From: a virus
Lineage: Duplodnaviria > Heunggongvirae > Uroviricota > Caudoviricetes
Direction: 5' to 3' (one strand)
Length of the DNA: 7,116 nt
Virus record (IMG/VR): IMGVR_UViG_2651869696_000014
In this document: positions 1 to 6,353 of the stretch, piece after piece
Position numbering within the stretch: position 1 is the stretch's first letter
How the letters are laid out: each line of letters starts with the position of its first letter
Program-made: the position numbers and the translations under genes
Notes under the pieces: generated by a model
Told to the model about the DNA's origin: nothing
The model's input: the letters and a program-made list of their open reading frames with translations, nothing else
Database searches by the model: none

Positions 1-1074
1 TCATTTGTCGATTTCAATTTTGTCCCATTCCCGTCCACGGCTGTCCCTATACCGCGCCGCCATTAAATCTGATTTATGCCCGAGAAGACGTTGAGCAAAC
101 TTATCGCCAATCTGGTTCCGGTATAGCCTCGCTGACAGGCTACGCAGTTCATGGAATGTTGGCGGGTTTCCATCAAATGAGAGTCCAGATGCATTTCTCG
201 CCTTTGTAAAATACTTTGATACTGTTTTCGGGGAAAGCGGATCGTGATGCTTTGATGCGATTATAGTTTCACTGCTGCTGGCCTCCCTGCATTTCTGTAG
301 TGTATCAGCCAATGAGATATTGAGCGCGTCAATCGTTAGCGTTAGCGGAATGGCGAGTTTAGCCCCTGTTTTACTCTGTTCAATGTGAAGATGGTTGTCG
401 TTTATGTCTGACCATTTCATTCTGCACAAATCGCCGACTCTCTGCCCTGTAACGACGGCCAAATCCATCGCCAGCCTTAGCCAGATAGGGAGAGGTTCGG
501 CTGCATGGTAAATCTCGACATACTCATTAGCTGTCAGCCTTGAGCGCCTTACTTCTGACTTTGCTGTACGGGTTGCTGTTACCGGATTCGTTGCAACATG
601 CCCCTCGGCTATTGCTTCACGAAAAACGTCAACAAGGGTTGACCTGATTAATTTTGCGGAAGCTGCTTTACCTTCTGCCACGTAGGTGTTTAGCATTGCT
701 GCCACTTCTTTCGTTGATATGTCAGTGAGCGGTTTGTCCGGCAATTTTCTTCGGATTGCCCTGATTTTGCTGGCGTAGTCGAGTAGAGTTTTCGGCCTGA
801 TCCCTCTTTCGGTGAGGATTCTTTCATATCGGTCAAGCCACACATGAAGAGTGATTGCGTCACCGCCTTTAATTCTGTCTATCAGTGATTTGCGTCCGCT
901 GTCTGAGAGTAACTCAATATTGGCCTGTATTGCTTCAGTGATTGCTATCCTCCTGTCTCGGCCTAATCCAAACTCTTTACCCGTCCTTGGGTCCCTGTAG
1001 CAGTAATATCCATTGTTTCTTATATAAAGGTTAGGGGGTAAATCCCGGCGCTCATGACTTCGCCTTCTTCCCAT
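1..1074 (-). CDS. int: Tyrosine site-specific integrase, lambda Int family (357 aa), mosaic relative to lambda Int
   Basis: Full-length ORF. The N-terminal ~55 aa (MGRRRSHERRDLPPNLYIRNNGYYCYRDPRTGKEFGLGRDRRIAITEAIQANIEL) and C-terminal region match lambda Int as I recall it; the central region diverges. Catalytic residues sit in conserved contexts (TGQRVGDL, EQSKTGAKLAIP, HELRSL, LLGHKSD, ARYRD). Overlaps upstream xis by 23 nt, as in lambda. Confidence 0.95.
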   Translation of the reverse strand: MGRRRSHERRDLPPNLYIRNNGYYCYRDPRTGKEFGLGRDRRIAITEAIQANIELLSDSGRKSLIDRIKGGDAITLHVWLDRYERILTERGIRPKTLLDYASKIRAIRRKLPDKPLTDISTKEVAAMLNTYVAEGKAASAKLIRSTLVDVFREAIAEGHVATNPVTATRTAKSEVRRSRLTANEYVEIYHAAEPLPIWLRLAMDLAVVTGQRVGDLCRMKWSDINDNHLHIEQSKTGAKLAIPLTLTIDALNISLADTLQKCREASSSETIIASKHHDPLSPKTVSKYFTKARNASGLSFDGNPPTFHELRSLSARLYRNQIGDKFAQRLLGHKSDLMAARYRDSRGREWDKIEIDK

Positions 1075-1270
1075 TTCTGATCCTCTTCAAAAGGCTACCT
1101 GTTACTGGTCGATTTAAGTCAACCTTTACCGCTGATTCGTGGAACAGATACTCTCTGCCATCCTTAACCGGAGGAGGGAATATCCTGCATTCGCGCACCC
1201 ATCGACGAACTGTTTCAAGGCTTCTTGGGCGTCGCTGGCGAGCGTTCCACTCCTGAAGTGTCAAGTACAT
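1052..1270 (-). CDS. xis: Excisionase Xis (72 aa), near-identical to lambda Xis
   Basis: Translation MYLTLQEWNARQRRPRSLETVRRWVRECRIFPPPVKDGREYLFHESAVKVDLNRPVTG...KRIRNGKKAKS matches lambda Xis from memory. GGAG lies about 9 nt upstream of the ATG. Overlaps the int start. Confidence 0.92.
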   Translation of the reverse strand: MYLTLQEWNARQRRPRSLETVRRWVRECRIFPPPVKDGREYLFHESAVKVDLNRPVTGSLLKRIRNGKKAKS

Positions 1271-1282
1271 CGCAAAGTCTCC

Positions 1283-1296
1283 GCAATTACACGCAA
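1283..1296 (-). promoter_or_regulatory. Putative CII-activator box TTGC-N6-TTGC of a pI-like int promoter
   Basis: Minus-strand sequence TTGCGTGTAATTGC sits 13-26 nt upstream of the xis ATG. A -10-like TGTACT (4/6 to TATAAT) overlaps the xis start codon at the expected spacing, so a transcript would start inside xis and encode Int without Xis, as established for lambda pI. Confidence 0.45.
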
Positions 1297-1318
1297 GAAA
1301 AAACCGCCATCAGGCGGC
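1297..1318 (-). terminator. Rho-independent terminator-like hairpin (minus strand): stem CCGCC/GGCGG, loop UGAU, followed by UUUUUUCUU
   Basis: Read directly on the reverse complement: GCCGCCTGATGGCGGTTTTTTCTT. The TGA stop codon of the 55-aa ORF lies in the loop. Confidence 0.55.
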
Positions 1319-1477
1319 TTGGTGTTCTTTCAGTTCTTCAATTCGAATATTGGTTACGTCTGCATGTGCTATCTGCGCCCACAGCATCCAGTGGTCATAG
1401 CAGTCGCTGATGTTCTCGGCTTCGATAACTCTGTTGAATGGTTCTCCATTCCATTCACCTGTAACTCGGAAGTGCAT
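1310..1477 (-). CDS. Hypothetical small protein (55 aa), in the position of lambda orf55
   Basis: Not in the supplied ORF track (below its size cutoff). Hand translation of the minus strand from the ATG at 1477 gives MHFRVTGEWNGEPFNRVIEAENISDCYDHWMLWAQIAHADVTNIRIEELKEHQAA, ending at TGA inside the terminator hairpin. Lambda has a 55-aa ORF between xis and ea8.5. No clear Shine-Dalgarno. Confidence 0.45.
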   Translation of the reverse strand: MHFRVTGEWNGEPFNRVIEAENISDCYDHWMLWAQIAHADVTNIRIEELKEHQAA

Positions 1478-1487
1478 TTATCATCGC

Positions 1488-1515
1488 CATAAAACAAAAC
1501 TCGCCGTAGCGAGTT
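1488..1515 (-). terminator. Rho-independent terminator-like hairpin (minus strand): stem CUCGC/GCGAG, loop UACG, followed by UUUUGUUUUAU
   Basis: Read on the reverse complement, about 50 nt downstream of the Ea8.5-like stop. Weak point: the orf55-like ATG is only about 11 nt beyond the U tract. Confidence 0.4.
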
Positions 1516-1565
1516 CAGATAAAAGAAATCCCCGCGAGTGCGAGGATAGTTACTTGTTCATATTA

Positions 1566-1847
1566 TTAATCGTCAATGTATTTTGAGCATTGTGGGCAAT
1601 CATCGATCCCACAATACGATTCATATGCATCCTTTATTGCGTCGCGGGCTTCAGTAAGAGTATTGAATAAGTTGCAGCTATTATCTTTTTGATATAGGTT
1701 AGTTCCTAATTTATAAGCAGAAGAAGCATCATTTCCGCTGTCTAAAATTACATCGTTATGGATTCTGCACCTTGCAAGAACTCCTGATCCCATAAGGGTC
1801 TGCATAGCCCATTGCTCTTGATCTTCACACAAATCATGAATGCTCAT
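1566..1847 (-). CDS. Cys-rich small protein, lambda Ea8.5-like (putative zinc-binding); 93 aa from the preferred start
   Basis: The track ORF is 1566..1865 (99 aa). I prefer the internal ATG at 1847 (MSIHDLCED...) because GAGAGG lies 7 nt upstream, while the 1865 ATG has no SD. Size and position match lambda ea8.5. Cys/His pattern (C-x4-C-x2-C near the C-terminus plus upstream Cys/His) suggests metal binding. Visibly AT-rich compared with neighbours. Confidence 0.55.
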   Translation of the reverse strand: MSIHDLCEDQEQWAMQTLMGSGVLARCRIHNDVILDSGNDASSAYKLGTNLYQKDNSCNLFNTLTEARDAIKDAYESYCGIDDCPQCSKYIDD

Positions 1848-1961
1848 TTCAACACCTCTCTTCACGTTTCACACACGTTAAGATTAACAGTGTTTTTACA
1901 TGCTTTGGAAGATTTATTTTATAAAAACTCTTTTAATACAAATAGATATAATAGTTCACTA

Positions 1962-2759
1962 TTATAGCTCCTTTAATCGAGGCGGTTCTGGTAGAGGCAT
2001 CCAGTGGGTTACACCGCCAATTGGCTCATCGTCGTCGTACTCCAATGCGGTTATATAGAACCCGTCACGACGAGAATAAGAAATCCCGGACATTACAATG
2101 CCATCCGAAACAACAATAATGTCACCCGTTTCTTTCGGCATTCGCTCACTACAGCTTATCCAACCATCCGGAGTCACCGGAAGCGAGAACGGCAGCACAT
2201 CTCTGTGAACAAGTTTTTGCTGTGACAGGTTATCCAGAACTTTCTGTACTGCTGCATCACCGAATACACCAAGCGCATCTGCCATAACTCCTACAACCTG
2301 ATAAGCCTCAGCGCATACCGTGGATAAACCATCCGGAATTACCGGAGAGTTGCCGGGTTCTTTAATGTGCAAGCGAGGCTCACCATCTTTTGGTTCAGGC
2401 CACTGGCGCTCCATGTTGATCTTCAATTTATCTTCCATAGCAGCGGTAATTTCAGCATCGCTGATGCCAGCACGGCGCTGTGCATCCCACAACAGGAAAT
2501 GCATATCAGCCCACTCGCTGAGATCGTCTGGTTCGGCTGCGGCTTCCAGAGCCTCTTTTGAGAGGTGTTTCAGTGGACCAATGGGGCCAACGCAGCCAAA
2601 TGTGGAGTCAGACCATTTGGCATGCTCGTGGCGAATCAGTTCGCGTTCCAGTGATGCCAGTGCAATTCGTGCCAGTTCCATTTGTTCGCCACGAGTAAGC
2701 CCGTTTTCAAGCGGATTTTTAATGAACAATTCAATACGTTCTTTGGTAATAGTGGTCAT
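1962..2759 (-). CDS. Phage protein with N-terminal DUF550-type (putative MazG-like dATP/dGTP pyrophosphohydrolase) domain and C-terminal DUF551 domain (265 aa)
   Basis: Complete ORF with AAGGA 7 nt upstream of the ATG. The C-terminus ...GGVTHWMPLPEPP matches what I recall as the DUF551 signature. The N-terminal Glu-rich helices (GEQMELARIALASLERE ... EWADMHFLLWD) are compatible with an all-alpha NTP-pyrophosphohydrolase fold. The domain call is from memory, not from a search. Confidence 0.7.
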   Translation of the reverse strand: MTTITKERIELFIKNPLENGLTRGEQMELARIALASLERELIRHEHAKWSDSTFGCVGPIGPLKHLSKEALEAAAEPDDLSEWADMHFLLWDAQRRAGISDAEITAAMEDKLKINMERQWPEPKDGEPRLHIKEPGNSPVIPDGLSTVCAEAYQVVGVMADALGVFGDAAVQKVLDNLSQQKLVHRDVLPFSLPVTPDGWISCSERMPKETGDIIVVSDGIVMSGISYSRRDGFYITALEYDDDEPIGGVTHWMPLPEPPRLKEL

Positions 2760-2769
2760 TTGTTAGTCC

Positions 2770-3525
2770 TTAAAGTGCTAGTTGCAATTGCATTTCAAAG
2801 CGGTCGCGTTGTTCACAATACGCAAGAGAACCAGGGCTATTGTGTGCCTCAATCCGTTCTACCATTAATGCTGCGCGTGTCTCTTTACTTGCAGGTGCAT
2901 AAGCCCCAGACCAGGCTTTATCAATACCGATGTTTCGAGCGACGTTCGTACTATCTGCGCTGGCTAAGGGTAATTTTGTGAATATCAGCGGATTTAACAT
3001 GCGCAATCCATGTAGTTTCGTAACCGGCTGACCATGCCCATCAACAATGTGACGAATCAGGTCTTTCATTCTGGCTACCGCAAGAGTTGGGCGCTTTACG
3101 TCATAGTCGCCACAACTACCGATAGCCACTCGCGGAAACTCATTGCACAAATGAATAAATCGCTCGTCACTTTCATTCATGTGCCACACTGGAACGCCAG
3201 CTAGTTTTCCGTGAGGCCACTCATTCAGAAGCGCATCATTTTCCTCCTCTCCGCCATCAATAACATCCGGGATAATGGCAAAATCGAATCCTGGGTGATT
3301 CTTCCAGCGAGCAACAAACTCGTAGTAAACGCTCCAGTCGATTTTGTTTTTGCCAGCTGCTTTCCAGGCGGTGAATGCACCGTTGTCCAGCGCGAACGAC
3401 TGACAGTATTCAGCCGCGAGATTGATCTGGCCTGAATGCGCAAAACTGATAAACGCATGTCGCCCTTTCCATGCTCTCATTGCGCACGTATCAGGAGTAA
3501 TAGGCCCACCGTGGTAGTGAATCAT
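2770..3525 (-). CDS. TGT-superfamily protein, putative DpdA-like DNA 7-deazaguanine transglycosylase (about 251 aa)
   Basis: The track ORF is 2770..3567 (265 aa). I prefer the ATG at 3525 (MIHYHGGP...): it has AAGGAG 6 nt upstream and leaves a 1-nt gap after the upstream stop instead of a 41-nt overlap. Motifs resemble bacterial Tgt as I recall it: ALDNGAF (cf. DSGGFQ), FAIIPDVIDGG (cf. IFDEC), VAIGS (cf. AVGG), ADSTNVARN (cf. MPTRNARN), in the same order. No C-terminal zinc subdomain. Confidence 0.6.
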   Translation of the reverse strand: MIHYHGGPITPDTCAMRAWKGRHAFISFAHSGQINLAAEYCQSFALDNGAFTAWKAAGKNKIDWSVYYEFVARWKNHPGFDFAIIPDVIDGGEEENDALLNEWPHGKLAGVPVWHMNESDERFIHLCNEFPRVAIGSCGDYDVKRPTLAVARMKDLIRHIVDGHGQPVTKLHGLRMLNPLIFTKLPLASADSTNVARNIGIDKAWSGAYAPASKETRAALMVERIEAHNSPGSLAYCEQRDRFEMQLQLAL

Positions 3526-3526
3526 C

Positions 3527-3934
3527 TCACTCTCCTTTGATGCGAATGCCAGTAGCGCGGATTGCATCGATGACTTCAGAAACTTTGTATGCCATTACCG
3601 TTTGGTAATCATCGTGAAAATCTGTTCGATGAAGCATGCTGCTACGTTCCGGGAGCAGTATTTCCCGCGCTTCCAGTTCTGCAATGCGCTTTTTTGCTGC
3701 TTCCAGTTCATCCAGTAATTCCAGCACGGTAGCCGGATTAGCCTTGGCAACAAAATCCCGGACTGGCTTACAATCAATCTCCGCAATGGGTTGATACGAT
3801 GTGTAGCCATGCTGTCTTGTATAACTACCGTGACGAATAACGAAAAAATCACCATTTATTTTTTTAGCCTGCCACTTATCTTCACCGGCTTTCTCTGCCG
3901 CTTCACGCAGTGCCTGAGAGTTAATTTCGCTCAC
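3527..3934 (-). CDS. Ead/Ea22-like protein (135 aa)
   Basis: N-terminal ...QALREAAEKA... and the ANPATVLELLDELEAAKKRIAELEA coiled-coil segment resemble the Ead/Ea22-like family of lambdoid prophages (from memory). It occupies the lambda ea22 position. Its start overlaps the upstream stop (ATGA). Confidence 0.6.
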   Translation of the reverse strand: MSEINSQALREAAEKAGEDKWQAKKINGDFFVIRHGSYTRQHGYTSYQPIAEIDCKPVRDFVAKANPATVLELLDELEAAKKRIAELEAREILLPERSSMLHRTDFHDDYQTVMAYKVSEVIDAIRATGIRIKGE

Positions 3935-4152
3935 TTCGAACCTCTCTGTTTACTGATAAGCTCCAGATCCTCCTGGCAACTTGCACAAGTCCGACAACCC
4001 TGAACGACCAGGCGTCTTCGTTCATCTATGGGATCGCCACACTCACAACAATGAGTGGCGGATATAGTCTGGTAGTTCAGACGACGCATTTTTATTGCTG
4101 TATTGCGCTGTAATTCTTCAATTTCTGATGCTGAATCAATGATGTCCGCCAT
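3931..4152 (-). CDS. DksA/TraR-family C4-type zinc-finger protein (73 aa), lambda orf73-like
   Basis: CxxC...CxxC motif (CCECGDPI ... CRTCASCQ) in a 73-aa protein; same size and position as the lambda TraR homolog orf73. Confidence 0.75.
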   Translation of the reverse strand: MADIIDSASEIEELQRNTAIKMRRLNYQTISATHCCECGDPIDERRRLVVQGCRTCASCQEDLELISKQRGSK

Positions 4153-4206
4153 CTTTCATTAATCCCTGAATTGTTGGTTAATACGCTTGAGGGTAAATGC
4201 GAATAA

Positions 4207-4228
4207 TAAAAAAGGAGCCTGTAGCTCC
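4207..4228 (-). terminator. Rho-independent terminator-like hairpin (minus strand): stem GGAGC/GCUCC, loop UACAG, followed by UUUUUUAUUAUU
   Basis: Read on the reverse complement (GGAGCTACAGGCTCCTTTTTTATTATT), 23 nt downstream of the stop of ORF 4251..4532 and upstream of the TraR-like gene. Confidence 0.5.
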
Positions 4229-4250
4229 CTGATGATTTTGCTTTTCATGT

Positions 4251-4532
4251 TCACCGTTCCTTAAAAACGCCGTTTAACATGCCGATTGCCAGGCTTAAAT
4301 GAGTCGGTGTGAATCCCATCAGCGTTACCGTTTCGCGGTGCTTCTTCAGTACGCTACGGCAAATGTCATCGACGTTTTTATCCGGAAACTGCTGTCTGGC
4401 TTTTTTGATTTCAGAATTAGCCTGACGGGCAATGCTGCGAAGGGCGTTTTCCTGCTGAGGTGTCACTGAACAAGCCCCATGTCGGCAAGCATAAGCACAC
4501 AGAATATGAAGCCCGCTGCCAGAAAAATGCAT
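4251..4532 (-). CDS. Hypothetical protein (93 aa) in the lambda orf60a position
   Basis: ORF in the track, in series with its neighbours (10-nt gap after the upstream stop). No recognisable SD and I do not recognise the family. The true start may differ. Confidence 0.45.
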   Translation of the reverse strand: MHFSGSGLHILCAYACRHGACSVTPQQENALRSIARQANSEIKKARQQFPDKNVDDICRSVLKKHRETVTLMGFTPTHLSLAIGMLNGVFKER

Positions 4533-4542
4533 TCAGTGGTTG

Positions 4543-4734
4543 TCATACCTGGTCTCTTTCATCTGCTTCTGCTTTCGCCACCATCATTTCCAGCTTTTGT
4601 GAAAGGGATGTGGCTAACGTATGAAATTCTTCGTCTGTTTCTACTGGTATTGGCACAAACCTGACTCCAATTTGAGCAAGGCTATGTGCCATCTCAATAC
4701 TCGTTCTTAACTCAACAGGAGATGCTTTGTGCAT
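4543..4734 (-). CDS. Small protein (63 aa), lambda orf63-like by size and position
   Basis: 63-aa ORF exactly where lambda orf63 lies between orf61 and orf60a. Identity is inferred from synteny and size, not sequence recall. Confidence 0.5.
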   Translation of the reverse strand: MHKASPVELRTSIEMAHSLAQIGVRFVPIPVETDEEFHTLATSLSQKLEMMVAKAEADERDQV

Positions 4735-4895
4735 ACCGCCTCCCGTTTATTATTTATCTTCTCAGCCAGCCGCTGTGCTTTCAGTGGATTTCTGATAACA
4801 GAAAGGCCGGGAAATACCCAGCCTCGCTTTGTAACGGAGTAGACGAAAGTGATCGCGCCTACCCGGATATTATCGTGAGGATGCGTCATCGCCAT
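4707..4895 (-). CDS. Small protein (62 aa), lambda orf61-like by size and position
   Basis: ORF immediately upstream of exo, overlapping the exo stop by 10 nt and overlapping the orf63-like start by 28 nt. Synteny with lambda orf61. Confidence 0.45.
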   Translation of the reverse strand: MAMTHPHDNIRVGAITFVYSVTKRGWVFPGLSVIRNPLKAQRLAEKINNKREAVCTKHLLLS

Positions 4896-5566
4896 TGCTC
4901 CCCAAATACAAAACCAATTTCAGCCAGTGCCTCGTCCATTTTTTCGATGAACTCCGGCACCATCTCGTCAAAACTCGCCATGTACTTTTCATCCCGCTCA
5001 ACCACGACATAATGCAGTCCTTCACGCTTCATACGCGGGTCATAGTTGGCAAAGTACCAGGCATCTTTTCGTGTCACCCACATGCTGTACTGCACCTGGG
5101 CCATGTAAGCCGATTTTATGGCCTCGAAACCACCGAGCCGGAACTTCATGAAATCCCGGGAGGTAAACGGGCATTTCAGCTCAAGACCATTGCCGTCACT
5201 GCATAAACCATCGGGAGAGCAGGCGGTGCGCATACTTTCGTCGCGATAGATGATCGGGGATTCAGTAACATTCACGCCGGAAGTAAACTCAAACAGGGCT
5301 CTGGCGTCGTTCTCGTACTGTTTTCCCCAGGCCAGTGCTTTAGCGTTAACTTCCGGAGCCACACCGGTGCAAACCTCGGCAAGCAGGGTGTGGAAGTAGG
5401 ACATTTTCATGTCAGGCCATTTCTTTCCGGAGCGGGGTTTTGCTATCACGTTGTGAACTTCTGAAGCGGTGATGACGCCGAGCCGTAATTTGTGCCATGC
5501 ATCATCCCCCTGTTCGACAGCTCTCACGTCGATCCCGGTACGCTGCAGGATAATGTCCGGTGTCAT
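4886..5566 (-). CDS. exo: Lambda exonuclease (Red alpha, 5'-3' dsDNA exonuclease), 226 aa
   Basis: Translation [40 protein letters not shown]...GFVFGEQWR is essentially identical to lambda Exo as I recall it. ATGA overlap with the bet stop. Confidence 0.96.
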   Translation of the reverse strand: MTPDIILQRTGIDVRAVEQGDDAWHKLRLGVITASEVHNVIAKPRSGKKWPDMKMSYFHTLLAEVCTGVAPEVNAKALAWGKQYENDARALFEFTSGVNVTESPIIYRDESMRTACSPDGLCSDGNGLELKCPFTSRDFMKFRLGGFEAIKSAYMAQVQYSMWVTRKDAWYFANYDPRMKREGLHYVVVERDEKYMASFDEMVPEFIEKMDEALAEIGFVFGEQWR

Positions 5567-6348
5567 GCTGCCACCTTCTGTTCTGCGGCTTTCTGTTTCA
5601 GGAATCCAAGAGCTTTTACTGCTTCGGCCTGTGTCAGTTCTGACGATGCACGAATGTCGCGGCGAAATATCTGGGAACAGAGCGGCAATAAGTCGTCATC
5701 CCATGTTTTGTCCAGGGCAATCAGCAGAGTGTTAATCTCCTGCATGGTTTCATCGTTAACCGGAGTGATGTCGCGTTCCGGCTGACGTTCTGCAGTGTAT
5801 GCGGTATTTTCGACAATGCGCTCGGCTTCATCCTTGTCATAGATACCCGCAAATCCGAAGGCCAGACGGGCACACTGAATCATGGCTTTATGCCGTAACA
5901 TCCGTTTGGGATGCGACTGCCACGGCCCCGTAATTTCTCTGCCTTCGCGGGTTTTGAATGGTTCGCGACGGCATTCATCCATCCACTCGGTAACGCAGAT
6001 CGGATGATTACGGTCCTTGCGGTAAATCCGGCATGTACAGGATTCATTGTCCTGCTCAAAGTCCATGCCATCAAACTGCTGGTTTTCATTGATGATGCGG
6101 GACCAGCCATCAACGCCCACCACCGGAACGATGCCATTCTGCTTATCAGGAAAGGCGTAAATTTCTTTCGTCCACGGATTAAGGCCGTACTGGTTGGCAA
6201 CGATCAGTAATGCGATGAACTGCGCATCGCTGGCATCACCTTTAAATGCCGTCTGGCGAAGAGTGGTGATCAGTTCCTGTGGGTCGACAGAATCCATGCC
6301 GACACGTTCAGCCAGCTTCCCAGCCAGCGTTGCGAGTGCTGTACTCAT
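5563..6348 (-). CDS. bet: Red beta single-strand annealing protein (Bet), 261 aa
   Basis: Translation [66 protein letters not shown]... matches lambda Bet. Confidence 0.96.
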   Translation of the reverse strand: MSTALATLAGKLAERVGMDSVDPQELITTLRQTAFKGDASDAQFIALLIVANQYGLNPWTKEIYAFPDKQNGIVPVVGVDGWSRIINENQQFDGMDFEQDNESCTCRIYRKDRNHPICVTEWMDECRREPFKTREGREITGPWQSHPKRMLRHKAMIQCARLAFGFAGIYDKDEAERIVENTAYTAERQPERDITPVNDETMQEINTLLIALDKTWDDDLLPLCSQIFRRDIRASSELTQAEAVKALGFLKQKAAEQKVAA

Positions 6349-6353
6349 CCGTT

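Noticed and set aside
1139-1492. Plus-strand ORFs 1139..1492 and 1225..1410
   Set aside because: Antisense to xis and the 55-aa ORF and crossing a terminator hairpin; no SD; the minus-strand genes here are strongly supported.
1910-1960. TTGTAT ... TAAAAT promoter-like pair and a short GTG-initiated 8-codon peptide in the AT-rich spacer
   Set aside because: Hexamer spacing is 14 bp, which is too short; the mini-ORF has no support. The spacer probably holds a promoter, but I cannot place it from sequence alone.
1961-1995. Perfect TATAAT hexamer on the minus strand at 1961-1966 as a promoter for the Ea8.5-like gene
   Set aside because: No acceptable -35 at 16-18 bp spacing (best is 2/6) and no TG extension; it overlaps the upstream stop codon. 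An isolated TATAAT in AT-rich DNA is expected by chance.
2004-2981. Plus-strand ORFs 2004..2225, 2320..2766, 2367..2561 and 2682..2981
   Set aside because: Embedded antisense in the DUF550/551 and DpdA-like coding regions; Ser/Arg-rich low-complexity translations typical of wrong-frame reads.
3211-4003. ORFs 3211..3435 (+), 3225..3458 (-), 3595..3855 (-) and 3791..4003 (+)
   Set aside because: Nested in alternative frames or antisense within the DpdA-like, Ea22-like and TraR-like genes; no independent support.
4479-5785. Plus-strand ORFs 4479..4664, 4686..5012, 4895..5206, 5469..5735 and 5492..5785
   Set aside because: Antisense to the orf63/orf61-like genes, exo and bet, which are unambiguous.
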